Of a DNA stretch of 13,624 nt, positions 1-7,414 are shown piece by piece; within the stretch, counting starts at the first letter, position 1, and the number at the start of each line of letters is the position of its first letter. The position numbers were made by a program, and so were the translations under genes. The notes beneath the pieces are model-generated. The model was not told where the DNA came from. It saw only the letters and a list, made by a program, of their open reading frames with translations, and searched no databases. Source of the stretch: Candidatus Omnitrophota bacterium (GTDB taxonomy: Bacteria > Ratteibacteria > UBA8468 > MWAK01); contig JAZDPL010000037.1 in NCBI GenBank assembly GCA_043797665.1, positions 1-13,624 of the forward strand, in the 5' to 3' direction.

Positions 1-53
1 CCGGTTGCTAACGCCACTTTTCCTTTAAGGCTGAACTTTTCCAGGATACCCAT
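1..53 (-). CDS. SDR-family oxidoreductase, N-terminal part only (runs off the window edge)
   Basis: Not in the ORF track. The minus strand reads AAAAGGAGtcaa-ATG GGT ATC CTG GAA AAG TTC AGC CTT AAA GGA AAA GTG GCG TTA GCA ACC GG = MGILEKFSLKGKVALATG, a typical SDR start that matches the other two SDRs here (FDLTGKVALVAG, FSLKGRVVLVTG). Confidence 0.8.
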   Translation of the reverse strand, partial: MGILEKFSLKGKVALAT

Positions 54-76
54 TTGACTCCTTTTGTTCTGCGACC

Positions 77-131
77 ACCCGCAGGCTAAAGCCTGCACGG
101 GTCCCCTTCCCTTAGGATAGGGAAGGGCTAC
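77..131. repeat. Two adjacent short hairpins, REP-like; could also act as terminator or mRNA-stability elements
   Basis: GCAGGCT-AA-AGCCTGC (81-96) and CCCTTCCCT-N6-AGGGAAGGG (104-127). The minus strand begins GTAGCC (131-126), the GTAG tetranucleotide typical of REP feet. Confidence 0.55.
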
Positions 132-134
132 CTT

Positions 135-191
135 TGTCATTCTGAGTGAAACGAAGAATCTCGAGATCCTTCGCTATCGCTCAGGATGACA
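135..191. repeat. 57-bp imperfect palindrome of the GTCATTCTGAG...CTCAGGATGAC REP/MITE-like type
   Basis: TGTCATTCTGAGTGAAACGAAGAATCTC / GAGATCCTTCGCTATCGCTCAGGATGACA are inverted arms. The element overlaps the last codons and the TGA of the aldolase gene. Confidence 0.75.
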
Positions 192-963
192 CAATTCTTT
201 TCTGGAACTCGGCGGCGATGGATTTGCAGTACGCACTCAGGCCGAGAACGTCGGCACCCATCGTAATGAAGCGATAGCCCATCGCGATAAGTTCGTCCAG
301 ATTCTCCGGTGAACCCGGGGTACCGGCAAACTTGCCGCAGGCAAGCGCAACTTTGGCTACGTCTTTCCGTGTCTGGATAATCTTCGGGTGGTCCCAGACC
401 CCGGGCGCACCGATGCTGTGGCTGAAATCACCCGGTCCAAAGAAGATGATGTCAATGCCTTCCAAAGAGGCAATCGCCTCTAATTCCGGAAGAGGTTCCG
501 GGTCCTCAATCTGAATTGCCACAAACCGTTTCCGGTTAGCCTGCCGGATATAATCCTGGAAGGCAATGTTACAGTAAGCGCCGTCCGCATTACCGCTATC
601 TATGGGCCGGCGGCCCACCGGATGAAACCGGGTCATCCGGACCACGTTCTTTGCTTCTGCCAGGCTCATTATGTGGGGAACCATAATCCCGGCCGCATCT
701 AACTCTAATGGCCTGATGTAGTCGCTGTAACATCCTTTGGCAACCCTGACCATCACGTCCATATCGTAAGACTTAGATGCTAAAATCTGCCTTTCCAGCA
801 CTGACCAGTCGTTGCCTAAATGTTCCATCTCTGTCCAGAGGCAGTCAAGGCCGGTCATCCCGGCGATCTCGGCCACCCGGCTGCAGGTAAGGTTGGTCTT
901 GAAGCAACTGACCACCTTGCCCTGGCGCAGTTTCTCTAAAACCCGGCTTGGTCTCATTTCCAT
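181..963 (-). CDS. HpcH/HpaI-family class II (metal-dependent) pyruvate aldolase
   Basis: Motifs EMEH, VRV, GIMVPHI, QIEDP, FFGPGDFS. GGAGG lies 4 nt before the ATG at 963, so that start is preferred to 981. Confidence 0.9.
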   Translation of the reverse strand: MEMRPSRVLEKLRQGKVVSCFKTNLTCSRVAEIAGMTGLDCLWTEMEHLGNDWSVLERQILASKSYDMDVMVRVAKGCYSDYIRPLELDAAGIMVPHIMSLAEAKNVVRMTRFHPVGRRPIDSGNADGAYCNIAFQDYIRQANRKRFVAIQIEDPEPLPELEAIASLEGIDIIFFGPGDFSHSIGAPGVWDHPKIIQTRKDVAKVALACGKFAGTPGSPENLDELIAMGYRFITMGADVLGLSAYCKSIAAEFQKRIVSS

Positions 964-973
964 CGTCCCTCCA

Positions 974-1255
974 TTAACCATATTTTACCACGGTAAAGCT
1001 GCATTTTGCCCGGTCGCATGCAGACAGGTCGAGTTCGCAACGATAGCCTAAGGGTTCCAGTACCCGGCGATAAAGAACATCGTAATGCCGGCAATAGTCA
1101 GGGTAAGGCTGGATGTGCTTATATTTCAGGAGTCTGCCCTTGGAAGGGCCATAATGGCGGTCTAAATATTCAATTCCCGCACTCAGGGCGCCGTGGAAAT
1201 CTTTATGGAGATAAATATTATCCGAAGCCTTTCGGCTCATTGTCTCTTTAGTCAT
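974..1255 (-). CDS. Small hypothetical protein, probably an in-frame fusion/deletion remnant of two genes
   Basis: 93-aa ORF co-oriented within the operon. The N-half (SDNIYLHKDFHGALSAGIEYL) and C-half (PSKGRLL..PYPDYCRH..LYRRVLEPLGY..C..C) resemble, from recall, the opposite ends of longer uncharacterised proteins. Confidence 0.6.
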   Translation of the reverse strand: MTKETMSRKASDNIYLHKDFHGALSAGIEYLDRHYGPSKGRLLKYKHIQPYPDYCRHYDVLYRRVLEPLGYRCELDLSACDRAKCSFTVVKYG

Positions 1256-1280
1256 AAATCATTTTAGATTCACTAATTCT

Positions 1281-2207
1281 TTATTTGGAAGTCCACTTGT
1301 TGGGCATCAGGATGGTGTCAGGCAAAGCCGGTACTGCATTAGAAATGCGCTTCATCAGGGCAGATTCCAGGGGACCTTTGGCGAAGATAGCCAGGTTTTG
1401 GCGCATCTGGTTCAAAGAATCCACCCCTATCACTACCGAGGTCAGTCCGCTAATCCCCAGAACGTATCTTAGAGCCAGTTCCGCTAAACTTATTCCGGCT
1501 TCGCCTGCCAGGGACTGAAATTTCTTCCTGATAGGAATTACTTCTTTTAGTTGAGATGGAATCTCCTTGTCCTTAAGAAAAAGTAGCCCCTGAAGATAGA
1601 CACTTCTTACAAAGACCGCTGTTTTTCTTTTTTTTGCCTTTTGGAAAACACCTCTTTTTTTAAACCGGAGGTCAAAAATATTGGTCGGGATTTGAATCGC
1701 TTCCGCAAAGCCGGAAGAGATGATTTGGTCCGCGGCTTCCGGGGTCATCACCGAGACACCGGCGTGACCGACTAACCCCTTTTCCTTTAACTTTAGCAGG
1801 GATTCAATATAGCGGAAGCGCTTTTCCGTATGAAAGAGGCAGACCGGTAATTTTTTCAGCCGTAACCGTTTCAGGGAGAGTAAGACCGAGTCTCTAACCA
1901 GATTATCCGCATCTTTTGAGGAGATGTTTTTGTGCGGAAGGTGTATCATCACCTTTGTTACCACCACAATTTTATCCTGGAGACCTAATTCCGTAATAGC
2001 CTTTCCGATAACCTCCTCGCTGGTACCGTAGCCAGCAGCGGTGTCAAGGCAGGTGACTCCTCCCTGGTAGGCGCAGGCGATAATATCCCGGACTGTCTCG
2101 TAAGAAGGTTGGCCTGAGCGGTTGGCGATACCGTAGGGTAAGCCAAACTGGGCCGTGCCTAACATCATCTGGGATAATTTTAAATCAGCAAGACGATTTG
2201 TTTTCAT
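1281..2207 (-). CDS. Aldo/keto reductase
   Basis: LGTAQFG, catalytic-tetrad-like DTAAGYG / TK / LFH, RSVYLQGLL, VIGVDS. ATG at 2207 preferred to TTG at 2213. Confidence 0.92.
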   Translation of the reverse strand: MKTNRLADLKLSQMMLGTAQFGLPYGIANRSGQPSYETVRDIIACAYQGGVTCLDTAAGYGTSEEVIGKAITELGLQDKIVVVTKVMIHLPHKNISSKDADNLVRDSVLLSLKRLRLKKLPVCLFHTEKRFRYIESLLKLKEKGLVGHAGVSVMTPEAADQIISSGFAEAIQIPTNIFDLRFKKRGVFQKAKKRKTAVFVRSVYLQGLLFLKDKEIPSQLKEVIPIRKKFQSLAGEAGISLAELALRYVLGISGLTSVVIGVDSLNQMRQNLAIFAKGPLESALMKRISNAVPALPDTILMPNKWTSK

Positions 2208-2278
2208 TAGCAATCTCGGGATTGCTTCGCTGAGCCCTGTTCACTCTTAAAGACCACACCACGTCTGATAATCTGCAT
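2207..2278 (-). pseudogene. 23-codon mini-ORF or gene stub MQIIRRGVVFKSEQGSAKQSRDC
   Basis: ATG 13 nt after the upstream stop, preceded by AGGGGA. Its stop overlaps the AKR start (TAATG). 11 of the first 15 aa are identical to the mini-ORF at 5316-5378. Confidence 0.65.
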
Positions 2279-2290
2279 ATAATAAATCCC

Positions 2291-3208
2291 CTAACCTAAC
2301 CAGTCCGGATATTTCTCCTCCAGGATTTGCTTGCATTTCTGGTAGACCTCTTCGGGAAAACAATGGTAGGGCGAAAGAAGCCGTAACGGCATCGGTAAAC
2401 CGGCAAAACGGACCAGCATCTTGTCGTAGGCGCCGTCAATCGCCTCCCGGTAATCAGAGGGCGCAAAGACCTCTGCCCAGACATCATTTGTCCGCCGAGC
2501 CAGTTCGAATAACTCTTTAATCTTGCCTTCCCGAACGTAAGCAAAGAGTTCCCTGGTTTTGGTGGGAGAAACGGCTCCGAAAGAGGAGAGCAGGGAACAC
2601 TCACCGTAAAGGCTTCCCAAGGGAAAGAGATACTCCCCGAAAAAATGTTGCAGTTCCGGTGCGTTGGTCATCAAATCATAGGCTTTTCGCATATCGGTAC
2701 CGCCGTTTTTGGTAGCGGCCAAGTTAGGCACTCTGTCACATACCCGGCGGTAATCTTTTCCGCTCAAGGTCCGCTTTGCCCGGGGATTATTGTAATGGAG
2801 AAACCGGCTGTCCGGAAAGGCTCCGCAGACGTCTTCAAAGAAGGTATCCACCTCATCGTCGTCCAGAGCACCCCAGGAAGGAAGAGATATTTGAAACATC
2901 CTGATTCCTTTGTTGTGAGCATAGTCAAGCCGTTCAATAATGTTGGCGGTAGAAAGACCGATGGTTCCCACCTGCGGGAAGATACCTTCCCGGTGTGTCT
3001 CTTCCACAAAGATATCCACAATCTGCCGGAACCGCCGGGTGTCAACCGCATACCCTTCTCCACAGGTGCCAAAGATATAAACGTGATGGAACCCTTTTGC
3101 CAGTAAATCCCTGATTTCCTGCCGGAAAAGGTCTTCCATTAACTCTTCCTTTTCGTCCCAGGGAATCTCACAGGAGAGTAAGATCGCCTGGGGATACCGT
3201 TTCTTCAT
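2291..3208 (-). CDS. Dihydrodipicolinate-synthase/N-acetylneuraminate-lyase superfamily class I aldolase (not a canonical DapA)
   Basis: FGTCGEG (GxxGE motif), HYNNP tyrosine, Schiff-base lysine in AATKN. Start overlaps the upstream stop (TAATG). Confidence 0.85.
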   Translation of the reverse strand: MKKRYPQAILLSCEIPWDEKEELMEDLFRQEIRDLLAKGFHHVYIFGTCGEGYAVDTRRFRQIVDIFVEETHREGIFPQVGTIGLSTANIIERLDYAHNKGIRMFQISLPSWGALDDDEVDTFFEDVCGAFPDSRFLHYNNPRAKRTLSGKDYRRVCDRVPNLAATKNGGTDMRKAYDLMTNAPELQHFFGEYLFPLGSLYGECSLLSSFGAVSPTKTRELFAYVREGKIKELFELARRTNDVWAEVFAPSDYREAIDGAYDKMLVRFAGLPMPLRLLSPYHCFPEEVYQKCKQILEEKYPDWLG

Positions 3209-4074
3209 TAGCCGCTCCTTTCTTCTGTTTCTAATTTTTTTAGGCTGCGCACCAATTTGTTGCCAAACAGACGGAAGGCATTATGTCGGAGAATATCTTC
3301 CTTATCCTGATAGGTGATATCCGCTTTGTCAACACGCGCCCGCTGCATCGGTGCAAAGTATAAAGGTGAATCTGTGCCGTAAAGGATATGTTTGGCTCCT
3401 ACCTCCCGAACCGCCCATTCTAACAGGTTAGGTATTATTGACTTCGCACTGGAGGTATCAGTAAAGAGATTGCCGTACTTGCTCTTCTGGATGGCTCTGA
3501 CCTGATGGGTTACGTCCTTGTCCCAGCCGCATCCTAAGTGAGAGATGATAAGTTTTACCTCAGGAAAATCGTTGGCCAGTTTTACGAAATCCGCCGGCAG
3601 GCTGTTCTTCTCCCCGCTGTGGGATTCAATGATGGCATTATGCCTGGCAGCAAACTTAAAGATGGCTTTACCGCGTTCAGTTATTAGATAACCGTGCTCT
3701 TCAGGGTGTATTTTAATGCCTACGCATTTGGGTGATTTGAGCATTTCTTCAGCCTGCCTATAAGTACGCGGTTCCAGGGGGTTCACCACTACCCACTGGA
3801 GTAACCCGTCTGTTTCAGATACCGCTTGGGCAGCATCAATATTACCGGAGAATGCATCCCCTTGAAGCCTGGGGAGTAAAGCTTTGAGAGGCGAAACCAT
3901 CGTCAGGCTTGTCTGTGCCAGCTGGGCGCGCTGCACCACTACTTTTGGCTCCCCGAACATAAATTGGTCTAAAATCCTAAAACCGGAGCCGCGGCATTTG
4001 CCAAAATGGGCATGAATATCAATCGCCCGGATGGGTTGTTTCACCATAATCGCCTTTATTTCAAGCGCTGTCAA
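3208..4074 (-). CDS. Metal-dependent amidohydrolase (Amidohydro_2-like TIM barrel)
   Basis: DIHAH, GIKIHP, ESHSG, ISHLG, LYGTDSP metal-ligand motifs. Start is uncertain (TTG 4074 or ATG 4047). Confidence 0.88.
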   Translation of the reverse strand: MTALEIKAIMVKQPIRAIDIHAHFGKCRGSGFRILDQFMFGEPKVVVQRAQLAQTSLTMVSPLKALLPRLQGDAFSGNIDAAQAVSETDGLLQWVVVNPLEPRTYRQAEEMLKSPKCVGIKIHPEEHGYLITERGKAIFKFAARHNAIIESHSGEKNSLPADFVKLANDFPEVKLIISHLGCGWDKDVTHQVRAIQKSKYGNLFTDTSSAKSIIPNLLEWAVREVGAKHILYGTDSPLYFAPMQRARVDKADITYQDKEDILRHNAFRLFGNKLVRSLKKLETEERSG

Positions 4075-4113
4075 TTTTCAGCTTTCTTCCTTTCCACCCT
4101 GTTTCAGGTAGGG

Positions 4114-5271
4114 TTAAAATATTTTAGTTTTCTCAGGATTAAGGTGTAGTAAAAATTCGTCACAAGGAACACATAATATTCCATCTTTTATTAGACGCAC
4201 TTTACCTCTGTAAAGTAAATAGGCGGTACTTTCAGGATAATCCATCTTAAAATTTTTTAAAGCACGCAGGTCTTCGGGACGCAGACGTGCTGTGTTTTTC
4301 ACCTCAATTGCCCAAAATACCTCTTCTCCGTAGACAATAAAATCTACTTCTGAGCCGGCCGAAGTCCGATAGAAATAAACTTTATTTTTATCTCCTCTAT
4401 ATGAATTCCAGGCTACAAGATGCTGAGCTACTAACCCTTCAAGGGCACAACCATCGATTTCTTCAGATTTGTCTAATGGTCCGCAAGGACGTAATGAACG
4501 ATAAACACCAACATCAAAATAATAGAATTTTGAATGAGCAATAACAGACCTTTTTGTGCGTTTGGTAAATACCGGCAGGCGAAAAGCCAACAAAAGGTCT
4601 TCAAGGATAGTTATATATCCCTCTACCACTTTCCTTTCTACTTCACATTCTCGGGCAACATTACTAGTATTTAGTACAGAACCATGCGAAAAGCTGATTG
4701 CTTCTAAGAATCTTGAAAAGTTACCTATATTTCTAACCATACCTTCCATCTGTACCTCTTCACGCACATAAACAGCCGCATATGTTTTAAGAACACTCTC
4801 AGGTTCATCGGAGGCTATGACAAGTGGCAATAAACCCTGTTTTAGAGCACTACTTATTTTGAATTTATGGCCAAGTTCTACGGCCATAAAGGGATGAAAT
4901 GTCTTTTTTATAACCCTCCCGGCAAGTAAGTCTGCACCGGTTCTTTTAAGTTTGCGTATACTTGAACCAGTGAGAACAAATTGGATATTTAGTTTTTTTT
5001 CTATAAGTGCATGGACTGCACTAAGTATCTCCGGGACCTTCTGAATTTCATCAATAATGACTGTCTTTTTATCAAGATTGGCCAGGACTATTTCTCGCAA
5101 GCTTTCCGGCCGTGCACTGTAGGAACGAAAGATGTCTGGTTCAAGCAGGTCTATCCCGACTGCATTGGGGTATTTTTGTCTAAGCCAGGTGGTTTTTCCT
5201 GTTCCACGAGGACCAAACAGAAAAAAATGTTGTTTTGGTGATACAAAAATTCTTGGAATTAAGGTTTCCAT
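4114..5271 (-). CDS. AAA_14 ATPase with central winged-HTH-like segment and C-terminal DUF4143 / PD-(D/E)xK-like domain
   Basis: Walker A GPRGTGKT, Walker B IIDEIQ, LTGSS, LAGR, SNVARECEVERKVVEGYITILED, KFYYFDVG, EVDFIV..AIEVK. Confidence 0.9.
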   Translation of the reverse strand: METLIPRIFVSPKQHFFLFGPRGTGKTTWLRQKYPNAVGIDLLEPDIFRSYSARPESLREIVLANLDKKTVIIDEIQKVPEILSAVHALIEKKLNIQFVLTGSSIRKLKRTGADLLAGRVIKKTFHPFMAVELGHKFKISSALKQGLLPLVIASDEPESVLKTYAAVYVREEVQMEGMVRNIGNFSRFLEAISFSHGSVLNTSNVARECEVERKVVEGYITILEDLLLAFRLPVFTKRTKRSVIAHSKFYYFDVGVYRSLRPCGPLDKSEEIDGCALEGLVAQHLVAWNSYRGDKNKVYFYRTSAGSEVDFIVYGEEVFWAIEVKNTARLRPEDLRALKNFKMDYPESTAYLLYRGKVRLIKDGILCVPCDEFLLHLNPEKTKIF

Positions 5272-5304
5272 TTTAAGTCCAAATATGGAATTAACGTTTC
5301 CATA
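5254..5304. promoter_or_regulatory. Tandem palindromic operator-like repeat TGGAA-N7-TTCCA, two copies
   Basis: TGGAATTAAGGTTTCCAT (5254-5271) and TGGAATTAACGTTTCCAT (5286-5303): 17/18 identical, 32 bp apart. Confidence 0.7.
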
Positions 5305-5333
5305 ATAATAACATATTATTTTATGTTTGTCAA
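5305..5333 (-). promoter_or_regulatory. Sigma70-type promoter of the AAA-DUF4143 gene
   Basis: Minus strand: TTGACA (5333-5328), 17-bp spacer ending in TGT, TATTAT (5310-5305). Near-consensus with extended -10. Confidence 0.8.
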
Positions 5334-5378
5334 TCCTTTTTCGCCTTTAAAAACAATGCCTCTATCGATTATCTGCAT
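5316..5378 (-). pseudogene. 20-codon mini-ORF or gene stub MQIIDRGIVFKGEKGLTNIK
   Basis: Strong SD GGAGG 6 nt before the ATG, just downstream of the URO-D-like gene. Codons 16-17 are the TTGACA box of the AAA gene promoter. Homologous to 2207-2278. Confidence 0.7.
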
Positions 5379-5409
5379 AAAATTCCTCCAGAAAAACTAT
5401 GCGTTGCGG

Positions 5410-6492
5410 TTAATACCTATGTTCGTGAGCCATCTCAACCATTGCCTTGACCTTCTCCGGCACTGTTTCTGTCGGCAGCATATCGCCGGCGGCCAGAATG
5501 TATCCTCCGCCAACCGCACCCTGGTTAAGACAACGCCGGCAGTCAGCGACTACTTCCGGTAAAGAACCGCGGGCAAGCTTGACGGTGTTGACACCTCCCA
5601 TCAGCGCAACTCGATGGCCAACCCGGTCCTTGGCATCGCTTACCTCCACACCGCCCAAAGGGTCAAGCGGCTCGATGCAGTTTACTCCGGTGTCAGCTAT
5701 TGCCTCGAAAAGCCGGCGGCTGTTACCGCATATGTGCATATAGATTAGAACACCCTGACCTTTCATCGCCTCCACAAACCTCTTAAAATATGGAAAACAA
5801 AATTCCTGGAATTGTTTCGGGGAAATAATTCCTCCAAATGTATCGGCAATCAGAAGGGCATCAATCCCAATTGAAACAAGTGCCAGCCCATTCTGAATGG
5901 CAACTTGTAGTGCTTTTTCCAGTGCTTTGTGACAAAATTTTGGATTATCCATGATATCCATCATCGCCTGAATCTTGCCGCGTACAAAAGTCAGGTGTTC
6001 AAAGGTAAAAAGCCCGGGATGACTAATTACAAAGTAGTCATCTTTGGCTTCTTCAATAATAGCCTTAACGCTGTCTAATTTCCCGCCCTTGATTATCTTT
6101 TCGGCTGGAACAACCGGAATGCTGTCAATATCTTCATCGGTCTTCAGAGTAGGCTCTTCCGAAGGCACAATACTACCTCCACCCGCAAAATCTATCAACC
6201 CGAGTAACTGACCTGTCTTCGGGTCTTGGCCATGCCATTTTCCATCAACTTTGATTACATCCATCGGTTCAGAGGGTATCCAGGCCCGAAGACCGTCGAC
6301 TCCATAATATTTCACGCAATCAAAGACAATTTTATTCATAAGTTCTGGATGGCGGACAACCTCCAAGAGCGTCTCTTCGTAATTAAGGCCGAGTACCCTA
6401 ACCGCATGGGGAATGCAGATTTGTGGTATAACCGGCACACAATCCGGTTTACCATTCAGCATCGCTACCCTAACGCGTTCTTTTCCTTTCAT
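5410..6492 (-). CDS. Uroporphyrinogen decarboxylase / MtaA-CmuA methyltransferase superfamily protein
   Basis: ERVRVAM..GKPDCVPV, IISPKQFQEFCFPY, MHICG, LMGGVN, GGGYILAAG..P.ET.PE. Confidence 0.88.
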   Translation of the reverse strand: MKGKERVRVAMLNGKPDCVPVIPQICIPHAVRVLGLNYEETLLEVVRHPELMNKIVFDCVKYYGVDGLRAWIPSEPMDVIKVDGKWHGQDPKTGQLLGLIDFAGGGSIVPSEEPTLKTDEDIDSIPVVPAEKIIKGGKLDSVKAIIEEAKDDYFVISHPGLFTFEHLTFVRGKIQAMMDIMDNPKFCHKALEKALQVAIQNGLALVSIGIDALLIADTFGGIISPKQFQEFCFPYFKRFVEAMKGQGVLIYMHICGNSRRLFEAIADTGVNCIEPLDPLGGVEVSDAKDRVGHRVALMGGVNTVKLARGSLPEVVADCRRCLNQGAVGGGYILAAGDMLPTETVPEKVKAMVEMAHEHRY

Positions 6493-6541
6493 AATTCTTT
6501 CTATCCTTTCATTTCCTATTTGACAGTACCCTTAACGTTTA

Positions 6542-7333
6542 TTACCAAATTGTCCAGCCGCCGTCAACCACAAGGATTTGCCCGGTTACGTAAGAGGCTT
6601 CGTCAGAAGCCAGAAAGATTACCGGGCCGGCTGTCTCTTCCTTGCGTCCGATACGACCCAGAGGTACTTTCTCGGCTAAGCGTTTTAGAAAATCTTTAAA
6701 TTCCGGGTTTTCGGCGTACTCTTTCAAATCCGGATTTGAAAAAGGTCCTGGACAGACTGCATTGACGCGAATATTTCTTGGTGCCCAATAAACCGCCAGA
6801 TATCTGACCATCTGTTCAAGACCGGCTTTCGCCACTCCATATTCAATCGGATTTGGTTTCATGGGCAGAGAATAAATCCGCGGGTCCGGGGATACTCTGC
6901 CATACATCGAAGAAAAAAAGATAATGCTGCCACCTTGCGTCATGACATCAGCACTTTCCCGGGCCAGGTTAAAAGAACCGGTTAGATTGGTATGGAGGGT
7001 GGAATCGAATTCTTCGGTATTAATCTCCTCTACCGATTTACCTACGGCGCTACAGGTAGTGTTGACCAGAATGTGCAAACCGCCAAATTCCTTGATGATT
7101 TGCGCGGTCAGGGTCTTAATCGATTTCTCGTCGGAGATATCCAGAAAAAGGCCTTTAACCCTGGCTTCAGGGACTGCCGCAGAAATACTCTCAACCTTCG
7201 CCTTCGTTCGTTCCAGGTCGATATCTGCCACAATAACCGCGGCACCCTGCTCGCTAAGTTTCTGACAAATTGGCGCACCAAGATACCCGGCGCCACCGGC
7301 AACTAAGGCTACCTTTCCAGTCAAATCAAACAT
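6542..7333 (-). CDS. SDR-family oxidoreductase (gluconate-5-dehydrogenase-like)
   Basis: VAGGAGYLG, SSMYG, YGVAK (YxxxK), IRVNAVCPG, VDGG; SD GGAGG upstream. Confidence 0.92.
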   Translation of the reverse strand: MFDLTGKVALVAGGAGYLGAPICQKLSEQGAAVIVADIDLERTKAKVESISAAVPEARVKGLFLDISDEKSIKTLTAQIIKEFGGLHILVNTTCSAVGKSVEEINTEEFDSTLHTNLTGSFNLARESADVMTQGGSIIFFSSMYGRVSPDPRIYSLPMKPNPIEYGVAKAGLEQMVRYLAVYWAPRNIRVNAVCPGPFSNPDLKEYAENPEFKDFLKRLAEKVPLGRIGRKEETAGPVIFLASDEASYVTGQILVVDGGWTIW

Positions 7334-7414
7334 ACCAGCCTCCCACCTTGGAGCAGCAGCAAAACTTCTTTTCTCGTCAGCATAAACCGATGACGATTAC
7401 CGTTTTTAACCTGC

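Noticed and set aside
4046..4074. TTGACA-N17-GATTAT as a promoter for the amidohydrolase
   Set aside because: The boxes overlap both candidate start codons and the -10 is weak; cannot be supported.
4096..4114. ACCCT/AGGGT hairpin after the AAA gene as a terminator
   Set aside because: Only a 5-bp stem and no U-tract on the coding strand.
6484..6512. ATGAAAGGA duplicated at the URO-D-like gene start
   Set aside because: 9 bp of purine-rich SD-like sequence, not palindromic; plausibly chance.
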